Shown here piece after piece: positions 1-8,298 of a stretch of DNA of 64,000 nucleotides. Made by a program: the position numbers and the translations under genes. Source of the stretch: an uncultured Woeseiaceae bacterium (lineage in GTDB: Bacteria; Pseudomonadota; Gammaproteobacteria; Steroidobacterales; Woeseiaceae). The notes below the pieces were generated by a model. That model was not told the origin of the DNA. It saw only the letters and a list, made by a program, of their open reading frames with translations, and made no database searches. Within the stretch, counting starts at the first letter, position 1. Each line of letters begins with the position of its first letter. The stretch lies in the NCBI GenBank assembly GCA_945788575.1, contig CALZMR010000001.1:1181-65180 (forward strand). The letters are read 5' to 3'.

Positions 1-1
1 A

Positions 2-763
2 ACCCTGGTTGCCGTACAGCCATTGCTGACGGACGACGCGCGGGTCTGCTGGGCGACCAAGGGTTTCGAACTGCATACCGGCCGCCTCCCGCACCAGGTC
101 GTTGCCGAAGTGCTGGGCGCGGACCGGCCGGTCGCGGTGCTGTCCGGTCCGACGTTTGCGGCGGAGGTGGGCGCCGGATTGCCTACCGCCATGACGGTCG
201 CCGCGAACGACGAAACTTTCGCCAGGGACCTTGCCGTTGCGCTATCCGGCGACAACTTCCGCGCATACACGTCGGACGACATGATCGGCGTCGAAGTCGG
301 CGGCGCGGTCAAGAATGTGCTTGCCATCGGTGCAGGCATGTCCGACGGGCTCGGCTTCGGCGCCAATACACGCATTGCTTTGATCAACCGCGGGCTCGTC
401 GAGATGACCCGGCTCGGGGTGGCGCTCGGCGCAAGGCAGGAAACCTTCATGGGCCTTGCCGGCATGGGCGACCTGGTGTTGACCTGCACCGACAATCTGT
501 CTCGCAACCGGCGCATGGGTCTTGCGATCGCCAGCGGCAAGACCGTCGAGGAGGCCAAACAGGAGATCCAGCAGGTGGTCGAGGGTGTCATGGCCGCGGA
601 AGCGGTGATGGAGGTCGCCAACGAGCTCGGCATCGAAATGCCGATCTGTCATCAGGTGTACCGAATCCTCTATGAAGACGCTTCGCCACGCGAAGCGGTC
701 GGCATGCTGATGCGTCGCCAGCTTCGTTCCGAAACGGAGCCCGCGAAGGAATCGAGTGCCTAG
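2..763 (+). CDS. gpsA: glycerol-3-phosphate dehydrogenase [NAD(P)+], C-terminal part; the 5' end lies upstream of the window
   Basis: The frame is open to the window edge. The translation carries GpsA hallmarks (LSGPTFAAEV, GGAVKNVLAIGAGMSDGLGFGANTR, GDLVLTCTDNLSRNRRMG). Confidence 0.9.
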   Translation, partial: TLVAVQPLLTDDARVCWATKGFELHTGRLPHQVVAEVLGADRPVAVLSGPTFAAEVGAGLPTAMTVAANDETFARDLAVALSGDNFRAYTSDDMIGVEVGGAVKNVLAIGAGMSDGLGFGANTRIALINRGLVEMTRLGVALGARQETFMGLAGMGDLVLTCTDNLSRNRRMGLAIASGKTVEEAKQEIQQVVEGVMAAEAVMEVANELGIEMPICHQVYRILYEDASPREAVGMLMRRQLRSETEPAKESSA

Positions 764-844
764 GACGCTTCGATGTCGGTTCTGGTTCGCGTGGCGCAGC
801 TTCCACTCTGACGCCGAACTCGTAGCCGGCCACGGAGGCTGACG

Positions 845-1594
845 ATGTCGCGGCCGGTCGCGATCGTTACCGGAAGCAGTCGGGGGATCGGTGCGGCGAC
901 CGCGATGCTGCTCGCGCAGCGCGGTTACGACCTCTGCATCAACTATCAATCCAACGATGACGCGGCGGAGCGGGTTTCCCGCTCGGCTGCAGAGGCGGGC
1001 GCACGCGCGATCGTCGTGCAGGCGGACGTATCCAGCGAATCGGACGTCGCGCGATTGTTCGATACCGTCGACAAGGAACTCGGGGCCGTTAGTGCTCTCG
1101 TAAACAACGCCGGCATCCTCGACGTGCAGATGCCGGTCGAGGACATGGACCCCGAGCGCATCATGCGCGTCCTGCGCATCAACGTATTGAGCACCTTTCT
1201 GTGTTCACAGGCAGCATTCAAGAGGATGGCCAGGAAGCATGGCGGCAGCGGTGGGTCCATCGTCAACGTGTCGTCGATGGCCTCCCGGCTCGGGGCTGCA
1301 TTCGAGTACGTCGACTACGCCGCCTCCAAGGGTGCGATCGATGCATTTACCGTCGGCTTCGGGAAGGAAGCAGCGCCTGAAGGCATCCGCGTGAACGGTG
1401 TGCGCCCCGGGCTCATTCGTACCGACATTCACGCCAGCGGCGGCATGCCGGATCGAGTCGATCGTCTCGGTGGTGCCTCGCCACTCGGGCGTGGCGGCGA
1501 GCCGGAGGAGGTTGCTGCGGCTATCGCCTGGCTGCTGTCCGACGAAGCGTCCTATGTCATCGGGTCCATGATCGACGTGGCCGGCGGCTTCTAG
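845..1594 (+). CDS. short-chain dehydrogenase/reductase (SDR) family oxidoreductase
   Basis: 249 aa with the TGSSRGIG cofactor motif, NNAG and catalytic YAASK (YxxxK). GGAGG lies 6 nt upstream of the ATG. Confidence 0.85.
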   Translation: MSRPVAIVTGSSRGIGAATAMLLAQRGYDLCINYQSNDDAAERVSRSAAEAGARAIVVQADVSSESDVARLFDTVDKELGAVSALVNNAGILDVQMPVEDMDPERIMRVLRINVLSTFLCSQAAFKRMARKHGGSGGSIVNVSSMASRLGAAFEYVDYAASKGAIDAFTVGFGKEAAPEGIRVNGVRPGLIRTDIHASGGMPDRVDRLGGASPLGRGGEPEEVAAAIAWLLSDEASYVIGSMIDVAGGF

Positions 1595-2883
1595 TCGTCG
1601 ATGGCCTGATACATGAGCACTCGAAAACGGTGTCTGAGCTCGATGCCCCAGGGGTAGTGTTGCGTGTACAAGAGTGCGACGAGTTCTTCTTCGGGATCGG
1701 CCCAGTAGTAGGTGTTGTAGAAGCCGTCCCAGCGGACCAGGCCCGGTGAGCCGGGAAGGCCGGTGGCGGCAGGCCCGTCTTCCACCTCGAAAGCCAGCGA
1801 CCATGACCTTCCCTGGTAACGACTAACCCCGAGCCGTTCGGTCTGGTTCGTCGTCATGAGTTCCACGGTCTTTCGACTCAGGATGCGGCGGCCATCGAGC
1901 GTGCCACCATTGAGCACCATCTGCAGGAATCGCGAGTAGTCCCGCAACGTCGATGTCAGCCCCGCACCGCCGGACAGCAGCCGGGCGTCTTCGTCGTACG
2001 GGTAGTCGATACCGAAGGTGATGTGGCCGTCACGGATGACGCCGTCCGGCACGCGCTCGAGGTTGCCGTCTGCGTCATGTCGATACACGGCCGACAACCT
2101 GTCCAGCTTGGTTGCCGGTACGCGGAAGTGTGTGTCGAGCATATCGAGCGGCAAGAACAGTCTCTCGGTCAGAAACTCGTCGAGCGGTTGGCCCGAGACG
2201 ACCTCGATGAGGCGACCGAGTACATCGTTACTCAGGCTATACGACCAGCGGGTGCCAGGCTCGTAGAGAAGCGGTGTCCCCGCCAAACGGCGAACGTTCT
2301 CCTCGAGCGTAATGCCGTTGTCGCCGCCGACGCCGTCGCTGACGCCGGCCGACTCGTAGTGCGAATTCAGCGCGTCATTTACGAATCCGTAGGACATCCC
2401 GGAAGTGTGCGTGAGCAGATGCCGGATCGTGATCGGCTGCCTCGCGGCAACGAGAGTCTCGCCGCCCTCTGTAACGATCTCCATCTCGCGATCGAGTTCC
2501 GGCAGATAATGGCTGATCGGATCGTCGAGCAGGAAGCGGCCCTCTTCGTAGAGCATCAGAACTGCGGTCGCCGTGATCGCCTTGGTCATCGAGCCGATGC
2601 GGAACAGGTCGTCTGTCTGCATCGGGCGGGCCGCTTCGCGATCGGCCATGCCGAAAGCCTCCAGCCACGCGACGTCGCCGTTGCGGATGATGATGGCGGC
2701 GGCCCCCGCAATCTCACCATCGTCGATGGCCGCCTGAATGGCGCCGCCGATCCGCTCGAGGCGCTCGTCGGACATGCCGGCGAGCGGCGGCGAACTGATC
2801 GGTAATTCCCGCGCGGCGGCGCTCGCCGCGATCAGCGTCGCGACAGCGATCAGTGCCGCAGCTCGATGCCATCCGATTCTCAT
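1591..2883 (-). CDS. secreted serine hydrolase, beta-lactamase/esterase-like (SxxK) family
   Basis: 430 aa with an N-terminal signal-like segment (AALIAVATLIAASAAA) and the SMTK active-site motif. Confidence 0.8.
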   Translation of the reverse strand: MRIGWHRAAALIAVATLIAASAAARELPISSPPLAGMSDERLERIGGAIQAAIDDGEIAGAAAIIIRNGDVAWLEAFGMADREAARPMQTDDLFRIGSMTKAITATAVLMLYEEGRFLLDDPISHYLPELDREMEIVTEGGETLVAARQPITIRHLLTHTSGMSYGFVNDALNSHYESAGVSDGVGGDNGITLEENVRRLAGTPLLYEPGTRWSYSLSNDVLGRLIEVVSGQPLDEFLTERLFLPLDMLDTHFRVPATKLDRLSAVYRHDADGNLERVPDGVIRDGHITFGIDYPYDEDARLLSGGAGLTSTLRDYSRFLQMVLNGGTLDGRRILSRKTVELMTTNQTERLGVSRYQGRSWSLAFEVEDGPAATGLPGSPGLVRWDGFYNTYYWADPEEELVALLYTQHYPWGIELRHRFRVLMYQAIDD

Positions 2884-2946
2884 GCCGTCCTCACCCTGCC
2901 GTGTCGTCTGCGGGCGATTTACAGCTTATCAAACGATCTCTGCTGC

Positions 2947-3411
2947 TTAATCGCCGCCGGCATAGTCGTTCTGGCGCCAGGCCTCGTAGACCACCACCGC
3001 CGCCGAGTTCGAAAGATTCAGGCTGCGGTTGCCCGCTCGCATCGGCAATCTCAGCCGTTGCTCCGGCGGTAAGGACTCCAGCACTTCGCCGGGAAGACCG
3101 CGGGTTTCGGGCCCGAACAGGAGGGCGTCGCCGGGCCTGAAGTCAGGTGTGTCGAAGCGCGTTCTGCCGCGTGTGCTCAGTGCGAATACCCGTGGCTGTC
3201 CGAGCGCGGTCAGACAGGCGTCGAGAGTCTCATGGGTCCTGACCTCGGCGAACTCCCGATAATCCAGACCTGCGCGGCGGAGTCTCTTGTCGTCGAGTTC
3301 GAATCCCAGTGGCTCCACGAGATGCAGCTCGCAGCCCGTGTTCGCACACAAGCGCATGATGTTGCCGGTGTTGGGCGGAATTTCGGGCTCGAAGAGGATG
3401 ACGGCGAACAT
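2947..3411 (-). CDS. trmL: tRNA 2'-O-methyltransferase TrmL (SpoU/TrmH family)
   Basis: 154 aa from the ATG at 3411 (MFAVILFEPEIPPNTGNIMRLCANTG, LLFGPETRGLP, RSLNLSNSAAVVVYE). The 85-codon upstream extension of the tracked ORF looks non-coding. Confidence 0.85.
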   Translation of the reverse strand: MFAVILFEPEIPPNTGNIMRLCANTGCELHLVEPLGFELDDKRLRRAGLDYREFAEVRTHETLDACLTALGQPRVFALSTRGRTRFDTPDFRPGDALLFGPETRGLPGEVLESLPPEQRLRLPMRAGNRSLNLSNSAAVVVYEAWRQNDYAGGD

Positions 3412-3468
3412 CCGGCCATCATCGCCCGCATGGCGGGCTCCAACAAGGGCGGTTAGAATCCCCGCTCG

Positions 3469-4419
3469 ATGTCCGCCTCCGAAAGATACACAGCCCTCGC
3501 GACCGAACTCTGCGGCGTGCCGATGAGTTCGCCGATCGTGCTGCTGTCTGGCTGCGTCGGTTTCGGCGAGGAATACACCCGGGTCGAAGGCTTTTCGAAT
3601 CGCGACGTGGGCGCGGTGGTGCTCAAGGGCACGACCGGGGATATGCGGCTCGGCAACCCGCCGCATCGCGTATTCGAAACCCCGATGGGCATGCTCAATG
3701 CGATCGGGTTGCAGAATCCCGGTGTCGACAAGGTCGTCGACGACATTTTGCCCGGGCTGGATTTCGACGAGACGCGCTTCTTCGCCAACGTGTCGGGATC
3801 GACGATCGAAGAGTACGAGCGGGTAACCGAACGCTTCGAGGACTCACCGATCGACGCCATCGAGATCAACATCTCCTGCCCGAACGTCAAGGAAGGCGGC
3901 GTGGCATTCGGTAACGACCCGGAGATGTCCGCGCGCGTCGTCGCGGCCTGCCGCGCGAAGACATCGAAACCGATCATCACCAAGCTCTCGCCCAATCAGA
4001 CTGACATTGGCGAGAACGCACGGCTGTGCATCGAGGCCGGAACCGACGGGTTCGCGGTCATAAACACACTGATGGGCATGGCCGTCGACGTCGAGAAGCG
4101 CGAGCCGGTTATCGGCAACCGGCAGGGTGGCCTCTCCGGCCCGGCGATCAAGCCGATCGCGTTGCTCAAAGTGCATCAGGTCTATCAGGTGGCGAAGAAC
4201 CACAACGCGCCGATCATCGGCCAGGGCGGTATCCAGGGCGGTATCACGACGCCGACCGACGCACTCGAGTTCATCATCGCCGGCGCTTCGGCTGTCGGTA
4301 TAGGGACGGCGCTGTTCTATGATCCGTTGATCTGCAGGAAGATCAACGAAGGCATCGCCGACTATCTACAGCGTCACGAGATCCCATCCGTCGGTGAACT
4401 CGTCGGGTCGCTCGGCTGA
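3469..4419 (+). CDS. pyrD: dihydroorotate dehydrogenase, class 1B-type catalytic subunit (Cys active site)
   Basis: 316 aa with the INISCPNVKEGG active-site loop, GGLSGPAIKPIAL and PIIGQGGI. It carries an in-frame 12-bp tandem duplication (GGIQGGI) at 4222-4245. Its last ~285 nt are duplicated at 7287-7567. Confidence 0.8.
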   Translation: MSASERYTALATELCGVPMSSPIVLLSGCVGFGEEYTRVEGFSNRDVGAVVLKGTTGDMRLGNPPHRVFETPMGMLNAIGLQNPGVDKVVDDILPGLDFDETRFFANVSGSTIEEYERVTERFEDSPIDAIEINISCPNVKEGGVAFGNDPEMSARVVAACRAKTSKPIITKLSPNQTDIGENARLCIEAGTDGFAVINTLMGMAVDVEKREPVIGNRQGGLSGPAIKPIALLKVHQVYQVAKNHNAPIIGQGGIQGGITTPTDALEFIIAGASAVGIGTALFYDPLICRKINEGIADYLQRHEIPSVGELVGSLG

Positions 4420-4477
4420 AATTGCGGCTTTAGAAGTGGGATAATGTTGCGACGGTAGTCACCGTGGGCTGGCGCTC

Positions 4478-6370
4478 ATGCCGGATGAGGCAGACAACGG
4501 CCAGACTGATCACCTCGTTTACACCTTTGGTGATTTCAGCCTGGAGACGGCCCGCGGGGTACTCAGCCGCGGCGGCGAGGTGTTGCCCATTCGGCCGAAA
4601 GCGTGGTCGGTGCTCCTACACTTTCTCCGGCATCGCGGCGAACTCGTTCGCCGATCCGATCTGATCGAGGCGGTCTGGAAGAACACAGCCGTAACGGACG
4701 ACTCGATCACCCAGTGCATCGTCGAAATCCGCCGTGTCCTTGGCGACGCGGATCACACGATGATCCGAACGGTACCTCGGCGCGGTTTCGTCTTCGAGAT
4801 GCCGGTAACGGAGCGTCACGCAATGAACGCCGAACCTCCGCCTCTCGCGAAGGCGGGTGGTGACTCGAGCCGCTGGCGCTGGATCGCAGCTGCGATGCTG
4901 ATTTTCGTAGTCGTCGCAGGCCTGTGGACCGTGCTCCGTGATGCCGATCCGCCGACATCACAGCCTCCTGAAGTCACGGCCTCAATCGCCGTGCTGGCGT
5001 TCACTGACATGACGGCGGACGGCGACCGGCAATACTTCGGCGACGGGATCGCGGAGGAGATTCTGAATCACCTTGCGCAGATTCCAGAACTTCGCGTCAT
5101 CTCGCGCTCGTCGTCGTTCCTGTTCCGGGACGATCCGGATATCCCCGTGATTGCCGACGAACTCGGTGTGGATTTCATTCTCGAAGGCAGTGTCCGCGGT
5201 GCGGGGGACGACCTGCGCGTTACGGCGCAGTTAATCAACGCCGAAACGAACGCCCACGTGTGGGCCGAGTCTTATGACCACCAGACGTCACTCGAAAACC
5301 TGATCGCCGTGCAGAACGAGATCGCGGCCAGCGTCACGGCCGCAATAGGTGTAGAGACCGGTGCGTTATTGAGACCGACGCCGGAGGAAGACCTGCAGAT
5401 CGATCCGGAGGCGATGGACGACTATCTCCAGGGCCTTTTCTACATCCGAAAGATTCAAACCGTCGGAGGGTCCGAGGAGGACTTCGACATGGCACGCGAG
5501 CGGCTGAACGCCGCAATCGATAAAGAGCCCTCCTGGGCACTGCCGCACGCCGCTATCGGGACGGCGCTGCACTTTCTTGCCACAAGCGATTATGTGGAAC
5601 CAGATCGGACGTCAGCAATGTTCGAAGACTCTCGTGAATATCTGCTCGAGGCTATCCGCCTGGATCCGGAGCATGGACCCGCCTATGGCTCGCTCGCCTT
5701 TATCGCCCACTCTCATGATCTGGATTTCGCGCGCGCTGAGGCACTGTACGCCAAGGCGGCGGCGCTGGGTCATCGGCGGTACTGGGGGCGGGCGATAATG
5801 ATGCGCGCACAGGGGCGTTTTGAAGAAGCTATCGATCACTACCAGCAGGCCGCTCTGGACGACCCGCTGTCCAATGGTGTGGCCTGGCAGCTGGCAGACG
5901 CCCTGAGGTGCGTTGGTCGCTATGAGGAATCGGCCCGGCATATCGACCGTCTGCTGGAACAGAGCCCCGACAGCCTGTTTCTCCTGGAGTATCGGGCGAC
6001 GCTCAGCATTCGGATGGGTGACGAGGCCGGCGCCAGACGGATTATCGACGAACACGGCGTTGACGAGTGGCCGATGCTCTTTGGGCCTGTCAGAGCCTTG
6101 CTGGGGATGCGCGAAGAAGCCGAAGCCGCTCTGGCAGAGATCGAATCCCACGCGTACTGGAACCCGCGTGTCCATACGATTACCGCCGTTGCCATCGGCG
6201 AGTACGAGCGGGCGCTCGATTATCTCGAGCGCGTTGCGGAGGAGCAGCCTTTGTTCCTTGGCGTCTCACAGTGCCCGGACGACATCGGCCCGCTCGCCGA
6301 TAATTCTCGCTTCAGGACAATACTGGAGGGTGTCGGCATACCGGTGAATGCTGGGACCGGGACTCACTAG
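4478..6370 (+). CDS. membrane-anchored transcriptional regulator: N-terminal OmpR/CadC-type winged-helix domain, one TM segment, periplasmic domain with TPR-like repeats
   Basis: 630 aa. The N-terminus has the Trans_reg_C pattern (FGDFSLE...LPIRPKAWSVLLHFLRHRGELVRRSDLIEAVW...VEIRRVLGD...IRTVPRRGFVF). The TM segment is WRWIAAAMLIFVVVAGLWTVL. It is followed by SIAVLAFTDMT...YFGDGIAEEILNHLAQIPELRVISRSSSF and a helical repeat C-terminus. Confidence 0.75.
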   Translation: MPDEADNGQTDHLVYTFGDFSLETARGVLSRGGEVLPIRPKAWSVLLHFLRHRGELVRRSDLIEAVWKNTAVTDDSITQCIVEIRRVLGDADHTMIRTVPRRGFVFEMPVTERHAMNAEPPPLAKAGGDSSRWRWIAAAMLIFVVVAGLWTVLRDADPPTSQPPEVTASIAVLAFTDMTADGDRQYFGDGIAEEILNHLAQIPELRVISRSSSFLFRDDPDIPVIADELGVDFILEGSVRGAGDDLRVTAQLINAETNAHVWAESYDHQTSLENLIAVQNEIAASVTAAIGVETGALLRPTPEEDLQIDPEAMDDYLQGLFYIRKIQTVGGSEEDFDMARERLNAAIDKEPSWALPHAAIGTALHFLATSDYVEPDRTSAMFEDSREYLLEAIRLDPEHGPAYGSLAFIAHSHDLDFARAEALYAKAAALGHRRYWGRAIMMRAQGRFEEAIDHYQQAALDDPLSNGVAWQLADALRCVGRYEESARHIDRLLEQSPDSLFLLEYRATLSIRMGDEAGARRIIDEHGVDEWPMLFGPVRALLGMREEAEAALAEIESHAYWNPRVHTITAVAIGEYERALDYLERVAEEQPLFLGVSQCPDDIGPLADNSRFRTILEGVGIPVNAGTGTH

Positions 6371-6466
6371 TGGCGGGACGATTTCATGACGACCGGTCTT
6401 CGAACGCACACTGATGTTGAGCGAAGGCTGCAGACGGAAATGCCCGCCCCCAGCCCCTTGTCATGT

Positions 6467-6492
6467 GACAGACACCGTCCGTGGCGTCTGTC
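6467..6492. terminator. hairpin between the convergent regulator and secreted-protein genes
   Basis: gacagacacc-gtccgt-ggcgtctgtc forms a 10-bp stem with one mismatch, followed by attcctgtt. Confidence 0.4.
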
Positions 6493-6513
6493 ATTCCTGT
6501 TGAAAGTGACAGC

Positions 6514-7188
6514 TCAATCAGCTGCCGGAAAGTGGAGCGCCAGCTGGATCGTCGAGCATTCCCCCGGCAGCGCGGGGATGTCGGCGGACGACTGTGCGAA
6601 CCCGCCAGCGTCACCAAGGAACGGCAGAACGCAGCCACCGAGATACGAGCTCATCTGATCCGCCAGCGTCTGCCCGGTCTGTGCGGGCCCGTGGCTGTGC
6701 AGCGCGAGGATCACTTGCGCACCGGACGGGTTGGTCAGCGGCGTGACGAAGAACGGCGGCGCGCCACCGATCTCGACGAGTTCTGCCCAGCCGGACGTAC
6801 TGGTCTCACCGGCCTGCAGATGCCCGGTAATCGTCGTCCTGTTGCCGTTAACGACGTGGCCTCCGGCGTAGTGGAAGTCGAAGCGAACGCCCGGCCTGCC
6901 GATGTCGACGGCAGGATTGCAGGCACCAGGGACCAGACAGGCCTCGGGGTTGTCGAAGAACATGATCCACAGAGTCACGACATGTCCGGCTGTGAGTCCC
7001 GTGGTCTTGAACTGGGCGGTGAGACCGTTCGGGGAGCGGATCAGCCGCGTATCGCCGGCGACGGGGGCTCCGAATGTCCAAAACGGCGGTGATGAGGATA
7101 CGTGGTCCGAGGCCACGGCGGCTCCGGAACTCAGGAAGGCGAGGCCAGAGGCCGCAACGAGGACGAACAGGCGTTTGATTGTTTTCAT
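6514..7188 (-). CDS. secreted hypothetical protein (signal peptide, four Cys), no recognisable family
   Basis: The start is taken at ATG 7188 (MKTIKRLFVLVAASGLAFLSSGAAVASD), with GGAGAA 5 nt upstream. The codon usage is typical of this high-GC genome. Confidence 0.6.
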   Translation of the reverse strand: MKTIKRLFVLVAASGLAFLSSGAAVASDHVSSSPPFWTFGAPVAGDTRLIRSPNGLTAQFKTTGLTAGHVVTLWIMFFDNPEACLVPGACNPAVDIGRPGVRFDFHYAGGHVVNGNRTTITGHLQAGETSTSGWAELVEIGGAPPFFVTPLTNPSGAQVILALHSHGPAQTGQTLADQMSSYLGGCVLPFLGDAGGFAQSSADIPALPGECSTIQLALHFPAAD

Positions 7189-7259
7189 GATGGTTCTCCA
7201 TGGGTTTGACAAGCCTGTCCAAGCGTGGGGAAAACGCCTCCCGGCGTAAGGAAAGAGCC

Positions 7260-7286
7260 ACGAAGAAACTACGAAGAAACTACGAA
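7260..7286. repeat. 11-bp tandem repeat (acgaagaaact, two full units plus acgaa) abutting the start of the pyrD fragment
   Basis: Read directly from the sequence: 7260-7270, 7271-7281, and a partial unit at 7282-7286. Confidence 0.85.
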
Positions 7287-7567
7287 TCCGGCCCGGCGAT
7301 CAAGCCGATCGCGTTGCTCAAAGTGCATCAGGTCTATCAGGTGGCGAAGAACCACAACGCGCCGATCATCGGCCAGGGCGGTATCGCGGTATCACGACGC
7401 CGACCGACGCACTCGAGTTCATCATCGCCGGCGCTTCGGCTGTCGGTATAGGGACGGCGCTGTTCTATGACCCGCTGATCTGCAAGAGGATCAATAATGG
7501 AATCGCAGAGTACCTGCAGCGCCATGGCATCGAGTCGGTCTCCGAACTTGTTGGTTCGTTGGCCTGG
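7287..7567 (+). pseudogene. pyrD: 5'-truncated, frameshifted copy of the pyrD 3' end
   Basis: 7287-7470 is identical to 4135-4322 except for an indel. The copy has an 8-bp tandem duplication (gcggtatc x2, 7378-7393) that breaks the frame. 7471-7567 aligns codon by codon with 4323-4419 but is diverged. There is no 5' part and no start codon. Confidence 0.85.
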
Positions 7568-7600
7568 ATACCGGCCAATTTGCCACCGTCGCCGTGTCGA

Positions 7601-8161
7601 TTACTCTGTAAATTCAACCCAGATCTCGCCGGCCATCTTGTTGTACCAACTGATCTCGAAGAATACGCGCTCATCGTCTGAGCCGATCCTGATAAACGCG
7701 CTGCACCTTCGTACGTCGGCTGCTTCATCGTAAGAAACTTCAAAGTGTGTGTGAATGGATACACTTGTATCCAATTCCTGAAATGCCGGGATGTCTGCTA
7801 TCAGGCGTTCGGTTAGCACAACAACATCGCCGCTATTGCACCGCGGCACGGCGCCGGCAAAGCCGGGGGTTGTGATGTAGATGAGGCCAAGCGCGAAGAA
7901 GGCCAGAATGGCTATCCCGCCCTTCTTGAAAATGGATTCCTGTGGATGCTCTTTGGCTTTCTCGATCAGGCGCGACCGATTGATCAGATAGGCAGGAAAG
8001 CCGACGATCCAAAGGCCGAGGGTTACCGCAGCCCACGCTCCTGCGGACATGTTGAATAACCCGCCTTCTCCCTCGATCTTGCCAATCTTGTTTGCCGTCG
8101 CGTCCCAATACACCCACATCGATGTGGCGCAGATAACAAGAATCCAAATCCAGAATTCCAT
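7601..8161 (-). CDS. hypothetical membrane protein (N-terminal TM helices plus soluble C-terminal domain) in a locally lower-GC segment
   Basis: The start is at ATG 8161 (MEFWIWILVICATSMWVYWDA), with GGAGG 5 nt upstream. There are three hydrophobic segments. I recognise no family. Confidence 0.6.
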   Translation of the reverse strand: MEFWIWILVICATSMWVYWDATANKIGKIEGEGGLFNMSAGAWAAVTLGLWIVGFPAYLINRSRLIEKAKEHPQESIFKKGGIAILAFFALGLIYITTPGFAGAVPRCNSGDVVVLTERLIADIPAFQELDTSVSIHTHFEVSYDEAADVRRCSAFIRIGSDDERVFFEISWYNKMAGEIWVEFTE

Positions 8162-8224
8162 ATCGACCTCCCCGGAAGTTCTGTGTCCTATGACAGCATC
8201 GTGGTTGCTGTCCGGGTTGGCGTC

Positions 8225-8256
8225 AACCAGGCGCGGTCTCAACCTGGCGCGGTCTC
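8225..8256. repeat. 16-bp tandem repeat (aacc[a/t]ggcgcggtctc x2) upstream of the 7601-8161 gene
   Basis: Read directly from the sequence: 8225-8240 and 8241-8256 differ at one base. Confidence 0.8.
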
Positions 8257-8298
8257 AGCCTGTCGTGGAATCAGCGTCATCGCCCGTAAGACGGGCTC

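Noticed and set aside
242-949. Long antisense or alternative-frame ORFs occur throughout the track, for example 242-949(-), 13589-14710(-), 21568-22647(+), 39973-41067(+), 47113-47817(-), 56863-58029(-), 62034-63095(-).
   Set aside because: Each lies opposite to or overlapping a gene with clear family motifs. Their translations are Arg/Ala/Pro/Gly-rich with no motifs. This is the expected stop-codon paucity of high-GC DNA.
1591-1594. Convergent genes share a CTAG tetranucleotide as both stop codons. The same occurs at 38546-38549.
   Set aside because: This is real but trivial. TAG read on both strands of the palindrome CTAG is a packing curiosity without functional implication.
3431-3471. 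pyrD was considered as a possible leaderless transcript, because TAGAAT at 3454-3459 lies only 9 nt before the ATG and there is no Shine-Dalgarno.
   Set aside because: The -35 match is poor, and a single -10-like hexamer in a divergent spacer is weak evidence. This would need TSS mapping.
5251-5266. The palindrome cccacgtgtggg inside the regulator gene was considered as a third parS.
   Set aside because: Only the central CACGTG matches. The flanks do not fit TGTTNCACGTGAAACA.
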